Of a stretch of 25,202 nucleotides of DNA, positions 1-11,585 are shown piece by piece (within the stretch, counting starts at the first letter, position 1; every line of letters begins with the position of its first letter). The notes beneath the pieces are model-generated. The model worked only from the letters and a program-made list of their open reading frames with translations. It searched no databases and was not told the origin of the DNA. Both the position numbers and the translations under genes were made by a program. The DNA is taken from contig JAUGWO010000152.1 of the NCBI GenBank assembly GCA_049724395.1, positions 62,001-87,202 of the forward strand, given 5' to 3'. The DNA comes from Spongospora subterranea f. sp. subterranea (taxonomy: Eukaryota).

Positions 1-327
1 CAAGGGACGATAATCCCACAGATGCTAAAATAACGACTCGTTGGCGAAGGCGAACGCCACCGCTTCCAGAAGGGATTCGGTGAGAACGAAGAGGATGCCG
101 AGGATGTTGAGCGGTTGATGATGAGCTGGTTGCTGTTGATGAATGGGAAGACGGAGATTGGATTTCTGGGAGAGATTTTGAAGGCAATAACCAACAGTGG
201 AGAATAATGAGCCCAGGAGAGCGAAGGCGACGCCCTTCATCCAGGAATGTCGGAGGACCATTGAGCTGACGAACGATCCGGCTAGGCGCTCCATCGAGAT
301 GACGACCGCCGGGGATATGGCCGCCAT
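1..327 (-). CDS. NIPA/DMT-family membrane transporter (Mg2+ transporter-like), N-terminal part; continues off the window edge
   Basis: GVAFALLGSLFSTVGYCLQNLSQK...PLNILGILFVLTESLLEAVAFAFANESL resembles NIPA TM1-TM3 (G..LA..S.....G..LQK ... AYAFAP.SL). After a frame break at ~27-30 the sequence continues LASVGLSSL. Confidence 0.6.
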
Positions 328-883
328 TTCCTGGCCAGATCCGCCAAGGACAGCCAGTCAATATAGGGTAATGAGCTGGATGGGAATAACAGGGGAACAG
401 GTACCAGATGTCGATCAGATCAAGATATGACACTGGGAGGGCGAGGTGGGAATAGACCACCGGTGGTAATCATGGCCAATCACGAATCAGACGAGTTTGA
501 AGTCAGAATCTGGAATACGGAAACCCAACTAAACAGCGCGATCAAGGTTAGTTTTCTATGAACTTGTTTCCTGTTGGTCAACAAAATTCAGAAGTGTTTA
601 GTTGTTTGTTTTTCAGTTCATCTGTCGCTTGTTTACTCTTGTTTTGAACAGAATGCGCTCTTCACCGTTGTTATCTTCCTAGAGTAACTGTTGTGCTTCC
701 CTTGTTGTATCAATCCTGGTTAATCCATCTGCTTTTCTCAAGTTCATCTATTCCTGTTATCGTATGGAGTTGAGCTTCAATGAGTAGCAAAATCAGAAAC
801 GGCTCTTATTCTCAGGATTAAAACGGTTAGCGCCATCAAAGTACTCAGACATCATGGATAGTTGGGACACCACAGAATCTGAA

Positions 884-2768
884 TCAAAAGCGTGTTGATG
901 CTGCAGATATGAACGCTGCGTTTATGCAATATTGAGATTGGTGGATTGAACAGCGCTGGAAATAGACGACTAGATTCCAACTAATGATAGATTTACAAAT
1001 CAGTAGCGACTTGAAAACAACAATCGACTTACCTGATTGATTCTCAAGCGCAACATGGTCACCATCGTTAGATGGTTGATCAGGAAGGCGAAGTTTGAAA
1101 AACTGATCAATTTTGGGCGTGGTATTATCGGAACTAGTGAAACCAGAGACTCTCAACGAGATTCCACGACATGGCTTATACTGACTCGATAATCCATCCA
1201 TCAATCCACCGACAGTTTTGGTGATGGATTCGGCAGTGAATTGTGATATGGGAGATGAGGCCATATGACCTGAAAATTGGACCTGAATATGACGAGGGAT
1301 ACGATCAAACTATCATCGATAGTTCTTAAAAGTCTCATTCATTTTGCCGAATCGATGCAGTTTACCATTTCCATGTCTTCTTGTATCCTAAGTGACAGCT
1401 CAATAGATAAGGTTCCACACCAAGTCTTCGCCTCCTCAAAGCTCAAGGCCGTCCGAAACGTTTTCGATGCCTGAAACGATTTTGGAGGGCCTTTCTCCAT
1501 AACAGGTTCGTGATCAATACCTGAGAAACTTTCAATTTCCGGAATATACGAAGGTAACAGGATCGAATAAACCATGCGCGATATCCCATAGCCATTTCCC
1601 CGACCCACCGAGACGACGTTGCAGTTCGGCAAGAGTGAATCGGGACGATATTTCAGATAGGTACGCGACATTCAACTGAAGAATTTCACTTCGGATTTTG
1701 AATTGGTATTTATCTTGATCAAATTCCGACCTGATCAGCAGCAATTTGACCGAATTTGCCGCCAAGACCACGAATTGAGGATATTGATACTTGCGATAGT
1801 AAGAGCGGCGTCAGTTCAGGCAGTAATACTGTCTGTTGGAAAGGCTTGTTGCTTGAAATATACGTCAGCAGAAAATATATGTTTTACAAAAACAGATTAT
1901 TAGCATACCGGCCGGCAATCAATTTAGCAAACGGCTTATTCGCTGCGATGCCAGCTGAACAGGTGTAATCTAGCGGGATTTTATAAGATTGTGAATTTCA
2001 CGGAACCGATTGGAGTTAAGATACTTAGCTGATGAAATATCCTTTGCCTAATGGCATCGACGATATGCGAGGCCACAAGGAGTCGCTGCTCCGTTAGGTC
2101 ACTGGGGGAGCGAGGCTCCCGGTCGCTACTTCCTTCAATAACGCCAATAAAATTCGATGGAATACAATTTAATTTGACTCTGGCGTCAACGAGTTTCGTC
2201 AAATCAAGGAACGCCTCGTCGATGCTCGCTTTTTTCGACCGTGATCAACGACGAGTATGACACTATTATTGCCATGACTGTAGCGCTTGCTGCTCGATAA
2301 CGACCCAAACTGAAGAATTCTCAGTAAAAAAAAATGACTGAACCTGATTTCCGACTTAATCTTGCAGGATTCTTTGGCGACTGGTCGTGCGTTGGGCAGA
2401 TATGATGTAGTCTCGCCACTGCTGTCCATTGTATCGGTATGAACAAGTACCAACTCTGGACACTGTTTGAGTACATTGATCAAGGAATCGGGACCGCTAA
2501 AGTGTCGGCTGCCAAGGCCACGAGCACGAGCAGCATCTAGATAGGGGCATTCGATGTCGCGCGAGATTTGTAAATCAAACACACGTACAGTTGACAGCTA
2601 CAAGGCCATCCCATTGTCGAACGGCCAGAGGAATATCGCGACTAACTGAGAGACGGTTCTGCTCCACTTGCTGAACCAGAGTACCTCAGTTCCCATGCAT
2701 TAGATATCGGGACCATCGCCTACACAGTAGAAGCAATCCAAGTCGATCAATGCGATCTCCCTGGACAT
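884..2768 (-). CDS. POLH: Y-family DNA polymerase eta (Rad30), multi-exon; 3' end uncertain (may extend to ~680)
   Basis: Spliced reading gives MSREIALIDLDCFYC|QVEQNRLSVSRDIPLAVRQWDGLVAVNY AARARG, SLGRYRAAS...EK/ASIDEAFLDLT, YTCSAGIAANKPFAKL, IRGLGGKFG and GIDHEPV...PKSF.ASKTF, plus PIP-like KIDQFF. A +1 indel in the A6 run at 2230-2235 precedes the SIDE motif. Confidence 0.92.
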
Positions 2769-2845
2769 GATCTCCTCCTTAACACATCACCAGCGAATTT
2801 CAAAAATGCGCAAACACCATTTATTTCCTCACTGTAGTTCATCGT

Positions 2846-2858
2846 TACTGAGTCAGTA
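2846..2858. promoter_or_regulatory. Palindromic AP-1/GCN4-like bZIP site upstream of pol eta
   Basis: TACTGA-G-TCAGTA with a TGAGTCA core at 2849-2855, ~80 bp upstream of the ATG at 2768. Confidence 0.3.
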
Positions 2859-3048
2859 GTAACGGTGTATCGACATGACTTCACTGTTGCGTTCCGTTGG
2901 TCGTTGCGCCGAGAAAAGATCGTCGAAGTATTTTCTCAAAACTGAATACAGGACAACCGCAGTGAATGTCAAACAATTGCCTCAAAAGCCCGCACACAAT
3001 TTCCATTTTTTTTGTTCAAAAAGCAATGGTAGGTTATCGATGTTTCCG

Positions 3049-4197
3049 TTAAGAGCATGAACAAACGCAACCTGCCCAACCTTGAATCGGACGAAGACGC
3101 AAATGGTCAAAAAGTCTCAAGCCCTGGCATTCAAACAAAAGAGGTTCAAGACTGGCTGACATTTCATTATAAGTATATTTTCTGTGATTTACTATTTCAT
3201 TTCTTGGCCCAAACCCCAATCCACGGCTGATAATATTTGGAGAATAGAAGCCACAACACGAAGCCGGCCATGAAAAATCTTCAAGAAAGTTGATCGCGAT
3301 GACCAACAACAAAATGTTGACGCGATTTGATGCTAGCTGAGTTAGGCGAAAGGAACAATCAACACCAGCATTTCATTTCTTACAATGTCGTGATATCTGA
3401 TATGGAATTTATAAAAAAATTGCCAATGCGGCAACTCGCTGTTTCTGAATTGAAAACCAGAAAACCAGAAAACCACATTTCTACATATTCGGCCCAACTC
3501 CCAAACGTAGCCAAATGCTCAAATACTGATATTTTTTAGAATAATCGCGAATGTAGTTATGCCATTGATTTGAATTGGAAGCACTCCGTAAAACCGATAG
3601 AAGTACTTAGATAAGCGCACCATTGAACGACGTCCAAAATGTGAAAGCGACAGTGGATTTGGTGGCGGAATTCATGTGACATATTCCGCTGGATGATAAT
3701 CTCGGTAATAGATATCATATACTTGCCGCAAGACAAAGGCGACGATATTGATTGCTGTTGGGTCAGAGTGGTTCAGACCGGATACAACGGTTATGGATTA
3801 ACAATACCGAATGAGACCCAGGAGAGCTGAACCAATTTGTGGATTCGAGCCTCGCTACTGTAGAAGAATCCAGCCAGAAAGAAATAAAATGATATCGCAT
3901 GTCCCATCTAATAGCAATATTGATAGAAGCTTGAGACAATATGGATGAGAATACCACTAGGTTTTGTCTCCATGCAAATGGCGTTATTCGAGGCACTCTA
4001 TAAGAACCAGTGGCCACAAAATCCATCACGTCGACAGCCAACAAAACGGTCCCGGTCGCCAACGATAAATAAACAAAGCTGATCTCCTTTCGCGCCAATA
4101 CTGTGCTGCTCTATATTGCCTGTTATCAGTTTTTCAACCGAAACCCAACGATATCAGATACTGACCATGTCGATAGATTATTCTCTTGAACCGTCAT
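3049..4197 (-). CDS. Multi-exon predicted multipass membrane protein, unknown family
   Basis: Hydrophobic segments between GT..AG introns: LSLATGTVLLAVDVMDFVAT, MGHAISFYFFLAGFFY, WVSFAINIVAFVLRQVY, FYGVLPIQINGITTFAIILKISVF, VNILLLVIAINFLEDF. Candidate ATG at 4197. Exon structure not fully resolved. Confidence 0.45.
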
Positions 4198-4726
4198 TTT
4201 ACAGGTACAATTTCGATCGATGTGCTGTACAGAGCGTCAAGGGAATGTAGCCATACGTGATTGACAGATAGTGTTTGGTGAAAACAGCACCACTGATCTG
4301 CCATCATTTCTTTTTAGACCTATCGGTGGACGTGATTGGGTTTGCCAACAAATTGCGAGCGACAAGCAGGAATTGCGTGCGCGTTCAAGGTATCTGGGTT
4401 TTCCGATCATTTTTCTGTATTGATGCCAGATTCGACAACGGCAAAGTCTGAGAATCGAGCGTGCGTATACTTTGGCTGCGATCATCGTTGAGGTGGCCGC
4501 CTCAGCCGCATTCTCAGGGCACTGACGAACTGCACTTTCAATACCAGGATTGCCGTTACCCTACCCAACGCGGCTGCGTGGCTGCGCGTTCCACAAATAG
4601 ATTCCGGGCGGGTGGTTGATTTCGATAGACTGATGTCGAGATTGCGCAACCGCCGAATCAGACTGAAACAGAATCGGCAGTGGGCGAGCTGCATCCCTGT
4701 GTTACACATTCTCGGCAAAGCCGGCC

Positions 4727-5929
4727 ATGCCGAGATATAAACTCGTGGTTCAATATATTGGGTCACGGTATTGCGGTTTTCAATCCCAGGTTGAGTTAGT
4801 CTAGCGAACGTCTAGTTTTGCGATTGGCCTGGCCGGAATGGCGGTGCTGACATGTAGGAATGCCGAATAGGGGACCGCTCTATCAGCAGAGCAAACAACA
4901 GTACAGCAAAGTATCGAAGCGGCAATAAGTAAACTAGTCCCTGGAATGGAAAAGCCAAAAGTTGTTGGTTGTGGTCGCACCGATACTGGAGTTCATGCTA
5001 TTGGAATGCCAGTTCACGTTGATTTGGAAAGGAGATGTCGCAAAACTGGAGCCCTAGTTAGTTTGGCAATTCATCTTCGTCACTAGAGCAATTAGAGCTA
5101 ATATTGTTCCTCAACAGAAAGAACCGTTTTCCCCCGACTTAGTCATGAAATCACTCAACTATCATCTGAGAGAAGAAGGTACCAAGCCTAATAACATTAT
5201 CAGGATACTTGTTACAATTGTGGCCCCTAGCAGATATTGTTGTGACCAGTGTCATTCGTGTTCCAATGGAATTTCATGCTAGGCGAAGCGCCGTCTCTCG
5301 TAGTTATATGTACAGAATAGCTCATGGGTGTAATCAAATTCCTGTTTTCGAAATGAATCGTGTATATCGTGTTTGGCAGCGACTAAACATTAATGCAATG
5401 GCTGAAGCAGCAAAGAATCTGACAGGTTGGCAACGTATTACAAGGCGAAACTGCCATTGTGAATTTTGACGTGTAGGCCGCTTTGATTTTACAACATTCA
5501 GGGCAGTTTGCTGTGAGGCTGCCTCCCCCTATTCGAACGATCGAGTCTTTTGACGTTATTCCTCGGGACTCGAGCTACATGTTCGGGTAAGGGATTATAG
5601 TTAAATTTCAACTATAATGTTAATCATCTCTTAGCCCTGCCGGCCCACCTTCCTGCGGAAATCTAATCGACATCTTCGTCTCGGCGGATGGATTTCTTTA
5701 TCATCAAGTCGCTTAGTGATGTTGCCGTTATGAATATTACTCTAACGATTACATTTAGGTTCGTAATTTAGTTGCATTTTTGATAGGGGTAGGTAAAGGC
5801 GATTTCTCTCCTTCCGATACAACGAGATTGCTTGATGGAAGGAAACGAGATTTAATTCCACCCATGGTCCCTGCCTATGGCTTATACTTTCTCAAAGCAG
5901 AATATCCCATTGAACATGAGACGATTTAA
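4727..5929 (+). CDS. tRNA pseudouridine synthase, TruA family (PUSL1/TruA-like), multi-exon
   Basis: MPRYKLVVQYIGSRYCGFQSQ; catalytic GCGRTDTGVHA; EFHARRSAVSRSYMYRI; GRFDFTTFRA; ADGFLYHQ|VRNLV; PAYGLYFLKAEY, then TAA at 5927-5929. +1 indel in the C5 run at ~5525. Confidence 0.93.
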
Positions 5930-6042
5930 AAAAAAGAGTAAATTCAAATCATTATTGTTTCCGTTTTTGCCAATTGGCAAGTTTTGCTTTCGTTATGCAG
6001 ATAATCAGGGCAATGAGTACGTATTAAGCCTTACAAGACAAG

Positions 6043-7236
6043 TTATTTATTTGTGGGGTCCTCGTCAGCAATCAAATATTGCACGATATCCTCGATAGCT
6101 TCCGCTATTTCACGATCCTCCTCATCTTCCGCTAGATGCAGATCCCTGAGAATTGGATAGATGTGGATACTCCTGAGATATTTGCGAGATGTGTAAACTC
6201 GAACAAACATCTCTAAGACCTATATCATACGGATTAAATTATTTTTCTCTACGTTGAAATTGGTTGATACAACCTGCATTGCTAGTAATTTTGATTCCCG
6301 ATCGCCATCACGTATTTTGTCTGGACTCAAAACATCAACGAGAGCTGGTAGCCTAAAGACACAATAATAAATCTCATATAGCTTCTAGACAAACGTTATG
6401 AACACATTTTTGTCAGATCCCTTTCCAGCAATGGCTCTGGTCCAATTAGTGGTGAAAGTAGGGCGACAATGACGCTATCGCTGAGCAATTGTTCATGCAA
6501 TGCGCTATCAAATGCAAGGTTGCGTAAAAGACGCAGCGACGAACGACGCTGGTTAACAGATGAGCTCTGCAAGTCCTCAATCATGGACGGCAACAGATTG
6601 AGAGACGAATCCATCAAAGCAGCGCGGCCAGATGGGAGTTGTGCAGCGTTTACAAATACATCTGGAACAAGCGCAGTCCTAAGAATAACAAAATGTTGAT
6701 ATCCAGTTCGAACATGCCCAAATGAGCGAAGCAACGCAAGATGAATGTAAAAAGGGGATTACCTCCAATAAGACATCAAGCGACGGAGATAAAGCCCTTT
6801 GAGAGAAGATTCTGACTGGATCAGCACTAAGCAGGCCGATTCTTCTTGAGTGACATTGACGAGCGCCATCACCGCTAGATCTATGGATCTGCCACTTCGG
6901 ACGAGATCCATTAACCGTTCAACGACCGTGACATTCAGTGCCGCTTGGCGAGCACCCTCGTTATTGGCGAACAAGTTGATCAAAGCATTCAGTGCCTTTG
7001 TGTCAAGCAGTTTGTCTCCGATCATGCGGACGAGGAACGGTACAGCATCATGCTTGATCAACAAATGAACAAGATCGCTGTCACCAGTAATACCTTCGAT
7101 AATTTCTAGAGCCTAGCCAACCAAGTAAACCATAATGGCTACGAGTAACCACGACAAGCTGGCACCTGAAGACGCACTTTTCCTGTCGGTGGGAAAGCGA
7201 TAAAAATGGAATGATTTCAGCGATTTGTTCTTCCAT
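6043..7236 (-). CDS. HGH1: Protein HGH1 homolog (eEF2 chaperone, armadillo-like), multi-exon
   Basis: MEEQIAEIIPFLS..., KALNALINL, LAVMALVNVTQ, DVFVNAAQLPSGR, RRSSLRLLRNLAFD, LLSPLIGPEP, PDKIRDGD, and C-terminal RKYLRSIHIYPILRDLHLAEDEED. Frame break at ~7178-7181. Confidence 0.87.
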
Positions 7237-7392
7237 TTTCGAGGATAAAGCAAGAATTCGGTAATGTGGGTGAATTCCCTGCAGAGAATCCCAGTTGATA
7301 ATAAAGTCCGTATTCTCCGACAGTTTCGGAGTGCGAGAATCATTATAATCATGGCGTTTGGAGGCAGTCTTGCACACTTCAACTACTCCAGC

Positions 7393-7422
7393 TGATGATG
7401 ATGATGATGCCAGTGATGATGA
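7393..7422. repeat. Imperfect (TGA/GAT)n microsatellite
   Basis: tgatgatgatgatgatgccagtgatgatga seen directly. Confidence 0.7.
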
Positions 7423-7782
7423 AGCTTTATCCCATCGGGCTGCTGGCGCTTGATTTCGTCAATGATTGAATGGTGAAATGTGGAGGGGTGTCTTCTAGGG
7501 ATATCTGCCATATTTGCATTGATCATTGTTGGAACAGCATTGCCGGTTAGACAATGATGAACAAAAGGCGACACTGAGGCATTATCAATTATGCGTCCTG
7601 CATATTTTTACAGCAGCCAACCTTCATCCTTCAAATTCGTCACAAATAAACACTGTGTAGTTGTAAATAACTGTCTGTAAACTGTTGTTTTTTTCCGACC
7701 CGCGCTTCTACGCTCAATCAGGGCTACGCGCGCTCACGCTCTTTTACTGTCGTGTTACTCACAGGCGTTCAACGACCTGTTG

Positions 7783-8998
7783 ATGATCGCCTCCATCATC
7801 TACACTGTCTTTTGGCTTTGGGTTCGGATCATTTTTGGCGTTTTCGCTCTGGCAGTCATCCTGTTGTGGTATTACCAGCATAAGCTTCTCTACTTCCCAA
7901 GTCTAAATGGGCCGCGACAAATCTCTTCCAATGATCACAGTGAGTTTTATTAAGTTGAACTCCCATCGATTGTCTTTGATTGGCAGCGTAGACTTGAGGT
8001 CGCCTGCCTCCTGGAACCTTCCTTTCATTGAAAATTGGATAGTTACCTCTGACAACGTTCTTATTCATTCTTGGTTAATTTTGAATCCGGACTCAACCAA
8101 CCGGCCAACTGTAATCTTTTTCCATGGGAATGCCGGCAGTAAGTATCGCTCAAATTTTTTCAAACAATTGATTAATGGAATGACCAGATATCGGATACAG
8201 ATTGCCGATTGCCTACGCTCTTTATAACACGAGTCAGGTGAATGTACTCATGGTCGAGTACCGAGGATATGGCAATAGTAATGGTTAGAAACTTTCTGTC
8301 GGTGGACTACGATAATGCTAAAAAACACTCACTAGGTGAACCTAGTGAATCTGGACTTTCGCTAGACGCTGAATCAGCTTTACATTGGGCTTCCGCTCAA
8401 GGCGATAAAATAGATCCTCGTCGGATCTTTCTGTTTGGCAAGTCACTTGGCGGGGCAGTTTCTCTCAAGTTGTCCTCTCAGCACCCACAACTGGTATTAC
8501 TTCTTCTATAATACTATTAAATCTTACAGGTCGATAGATTAAAGGAACCATTGTCGAAAATACGTTCACGACGATCGATGAAATGGGGGTGACAATGGCT
8601 TCTCGTCTTGGGATGCCTTATCTATTGGACGGTCTACGCCTTTTCTTAGCTTTCTTTTTAACCAGGTATACGAATTTCTATTGAGCAATGAGTCACTGAA
8701 AATGCCGATAGCCATTGGAACAACGAGTTCTATATCACGCAGGTGCAAAAACCTGTTCTGCTGCTTTCGGGGAGTGGCGACGAACTGGTTCCGCCAGGTC
8801 AAAACGTGCAAATGTTTAGTTCATTATCACTAAATGTTCACAGCCCATATGAAAAAACTACATGACTTGAGCGCTCCGAATCTCTGTCGATTAATATCTT
8901 ATCCAGGCGGGCACAACGACACGGACATCCAGGCTGGTGAGAAGTATTACCTGGATATCAAAGAATTCATCAACGCGCACGAAACCCCGTCTTGCTAG
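7783..8998 (+). CDS. ABHD13: Alpha/beta hydrolase ABHD13/Bem46-like with N-terminal membrane anchor, multi-exon
   Basis: TM segment then WYYQHKLLYFP; PTVIFFHGNAG; VEYRGYG; PSESGL; nucleophile GKSLGGAV; ENTFTTI; SGSGDELVPP; PGGHNDT; TAG at 8996-8998. Confidence 0.9.
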
Positions 8999-9051
8999 CA
9001 ACTTTCGATTCCATTTACTGTCGAAATACATCCATCCAATTGTGTGTGCAG

Positions 9052-9222
9052 TACTTACCTGTCCACAATGTATCCCGGGACTCATAACAGCGAGTCGCAC
9101 TAGAACCCCATCACGTTACGAACCCCCCAAAACGGAGAACGCCTAGAGGGTTTCCCCCCGTTCTTTGACACTCCGAAGTATGGATATCGCACAGTGTCGC
9201 TGACGATCATGGGATCCGACAG
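9052..9222 (-). ncRNA. Candidate structured non-coding RNA in the ABHD13-MAEA intergenic gap (unassigned family)
   Basis: Nested complementary segments 9059-63/9218-22, 9072-76/9211-15, 9079-83/9092-96, 9136-41/9159-64 (enclosing a GGGG-GAAA-CCCU hairpin on the - strand) and 9167-72/9193-98. G-U wobbles and the GNRA loop favour the - strand. Confidence 0.3.
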
Positions 9223-9291
9223 CGCGCAATATATGACTACATAAGTGGTGGCGGGCGGTTATTCGCCAATCGGACTCGTGATAGGTCCCCA

Positions 9292-10634
9292 ATGTCGTCC
9301 ACGATGTTGACCTGGCCTCTAGACCGAATACAGAAGGTTGGGCTGGGGTAGGTCGCGCCTGATCCCTGCTGACGTTGTTCGCCTCCTTTTGTTTAGCTAT
9401 GCCGTAATGCCGAGAAGACGTTAGCGTTGGAATGCCGAACCGTTCAATCAGTATTAGACAATTTGCCAGCGGAGCCTCAGAAAAGAGCAGTTGCGCTTAG
9501 ACACGCTGCTGATCTTTTCGAACAAACGGAAAAGAAAATTGCGACTTATCTACAAGCTTCAGAAAAATCATTGCTGCTGTGTAAAACGCGGTTAGAGTTT
9601 GCACGAAGCAATCATGCTCAAGATCCCGACACATTACTTAACTGGCTACTGATTGGATATTTGCTGAGAAGAGGATGGATTGAAAGCGCGAAAAAGTTAG
9701 TTGAAGACTCAGATCTTCAACATGTTATTGACATGGGATTATTTGAACAAGCGCATCACATACTAAGGGCTTTTGAGGAAAAAGATACCGGGCCCGCCAT
9801 TGCGTGGTGTGTCGCCAACAAACAGAAGTTATCTGCGTTTGATAGCAGCCTCGAATTAAACCTTCGCCTCCGAAATTTCATCCGTTTACTGGAGCGCGAT
9901 CAGCTGTTAGATGCAGTAGTCTTTGCAAGGCAACACTTGGCTCCTTTTTTCACTAAGCATCAATCATTGATTCAAAAGTATTTCGCCCTTTTCTCAGTAT
10001 CAAAACTTTTGTTTCAAGAAAACGGGTCTGTACTATCTTCGTATAGCGACCTGTATGTCTTCTGTTGTGAGGTTGTCGTGTGTTTTGAGACACTTGTTTT
10101 TATAGTTTACAAGGCTGTCAGTGGCATGACGTCCGTCAAATGTTCCTTCAAGATTTCTTCCGTTTACACAGTAAGTTTCGGGAAACTTCATTGGCACATC
10201 GTCGGAGTCACCGGTTTTTTCAGAATTACCCAGGGAATCTCTTTTAGATACACATTTGAAGGCGGGTCTGTCGGCGTTGAAGTCCAAATTGTGTGGTTCT
10301 GCTGACAGGAGTATGAGCGATTGTCCAGTAAGGATGCATGAATTCGTGATACCAAACAATCATTTTCTCATTCTTTTGTAGGTTTGCGCGCAAGATGTTG
10401 TTGAACTGTCAGCCAAGATCGAACCATGTCCCAGGACGATATCATGTCTGATCTGTCGATTCACCGGGAAAGTCATGGAACGAATCCAACCCGCCAATCG
10501 CACTTCCCAACGGCCAAGTCTATAGTCAAGAAGCAATACAAAGGCTAGCCTCAATCAACGGCGGAACAGTGAGATGTCCAGAAACGGGTGCTGAGTTTCA
10601 GATGTCTCAATGTCGCCCTGTTTACGTTGCGTAA
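9292..10634 (+). CDS. MAEA: MAEA/Fyv10/Gid9, RING subunit of the CTLH/GID E3 ligase complex, multi-exon
   Basis: LisH (LLNWLLIGYLLRRGWIESAKKL), CTLH (AIAWCVANKQKL...SSLELNLRLRNFIRL), LKAGLSALKS..C, CP|VC, LICRFTGKVM/ESNPPIALPNGQVYS, VRCPETG...VYVA*. +1 indel at ~10478. Start inferred from MSSTMLTWPLDRIQK|LCRNAEK. Confidence 0.88.
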
Positions 10635-10727
10635 TACATTAATGTATTAACTTATCGAAAATACGCTCGTACGAACCGGAAACTATAATTACAAACTTAA
10701 TTTGGAGATTTATTGGGTAGTGGCGAA

Positions 10728-11537
10728 TCAATAGTGCAAACCGGCCACGAGACTCTGGACGCTGAGGCAGTGAAGAGGAGTTGATCCACACCATCCTCTG
10801 GCTGAGCAACAGGCACCAGCCGAGCAACTGGCCCATCCAAAACTCGGACCACATCGTCCATCTTGACGAACAGGGGACCATCCCTGTTGTGGCGGCCCTT
10901 GATTGATCTGACTGATAAGCGATTTCAGATCCGACTGCTGACGAAGCGGGTAGAGACGTGGACGCGACACCAGTTGGCAATCGTCAAGCTGAATTAGGGC
11001 CGCCCATTGCATCGCTGGAACTGATAAGGTTAACGCTCTTAGGCGACCGTTGAACCAGTCCTGGGCTTGAGTCCCAAAGTCAGTCAACGGGATACGAATG
11101 AACGTATCTTGTCCATCTAGGGCATTGTACGACGAAAGACGCACAGATGCTGACCCATTACGTTGGCCACCGCAGCCGTTTGTGCCGGTTTCTAACGTGA
11201 TGGTCATATCCACACCGGGAGGAGACAGAAGCCGAAAGCTCAGCATAGTCTCGATGTTGTTCTCAGGCGGAATAGGTAGGCACGACCCTTGCCCATTGGA
11301 CAAACCCGTTGTGAACGCCATGGGTTGTCCTGACGTTGTCAATAGCTGCAACCTTGATCCTGAAACAGTTGCTTTGGCACCGGTGACAAACTGTGGCATC
11401 CCCAATGCGTTGGTCGTTAGAGTTGAAGGACCTCCTTTAAACGAATTAATGATAAGACGACGGGTTTGAGCATTGGTGAGATGCAGAACGAGAACAGCCG
11501 ATATGGTAAATAAGAGCACATTGTAAATTACACGCAT
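10728..11537 (-). CDS. Intronless secreted protein (269 aa) with C-terminal chitin-binding type 1 (hevein/CBM18) domain
   Basis: Signal-like MRVIYNVLLFTISAVLVLHLTNA from the ATG at 11537; C-terminal DGRCGPSFGWASCSAGACCSARGWCGSTPLHC fits the CBM18 pattern C-G-x-C-x-CCS-xx-G-W-CG-x4-H/Y-C. Confidence 0.9.
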   Translation of the reverse strand: MRVIYNVLLFTISAVLVLHLTNAQTRRLIINSFKGGPSTLTTNALGMPQFVTGAKATVSGSRLQLLTTSGQPMAFTTGLSNGQGSCLPIPPENNIETMLSFRLLSPPGVDMTITLETGTNGCGGQRNGSASVRLSSYNALDGQDTFIRIPLTDFGTQAQDWFNGRLRALTLSVPAMQWAALIQLDDCQLVSRPRLYPLRQQSDLKSLISQINQGPPQQGWSPVRQDGRCGPSFGWASCSAGACCSARGWCGSTPLHCLSVQSLVAGLHY

Positions 11538-11585
11538 CGCAAAAACCTGTTGTAGATGATTTGGAATTAATTTAATGAGGCGTTG

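Noticed and set aside
7383..7574. 63-aa ORF ending in a poly-His tract
   Set aside because: Non-ATG start; the His run is just the (TGA)n microsatellite upstream of HGH1.
9121..9133. AACCCCCCAAAAC as a telomerase RNA template
   Set aside because: It would specify an unusual T4G6 repeat, lies on the strand less favoured for folding, and the organism's telomere repeat is not visible here.
9100..9210. 36-aa - strand micro-ORF MIVSDTVRYPYFG...
   Set aside because: Length expected by chance and no recognisable motif; not fully excluded.
11098..11469. 123-aa + strand ORF
   Set aside because: Antisense shadow of the CBM18 coding sequence.
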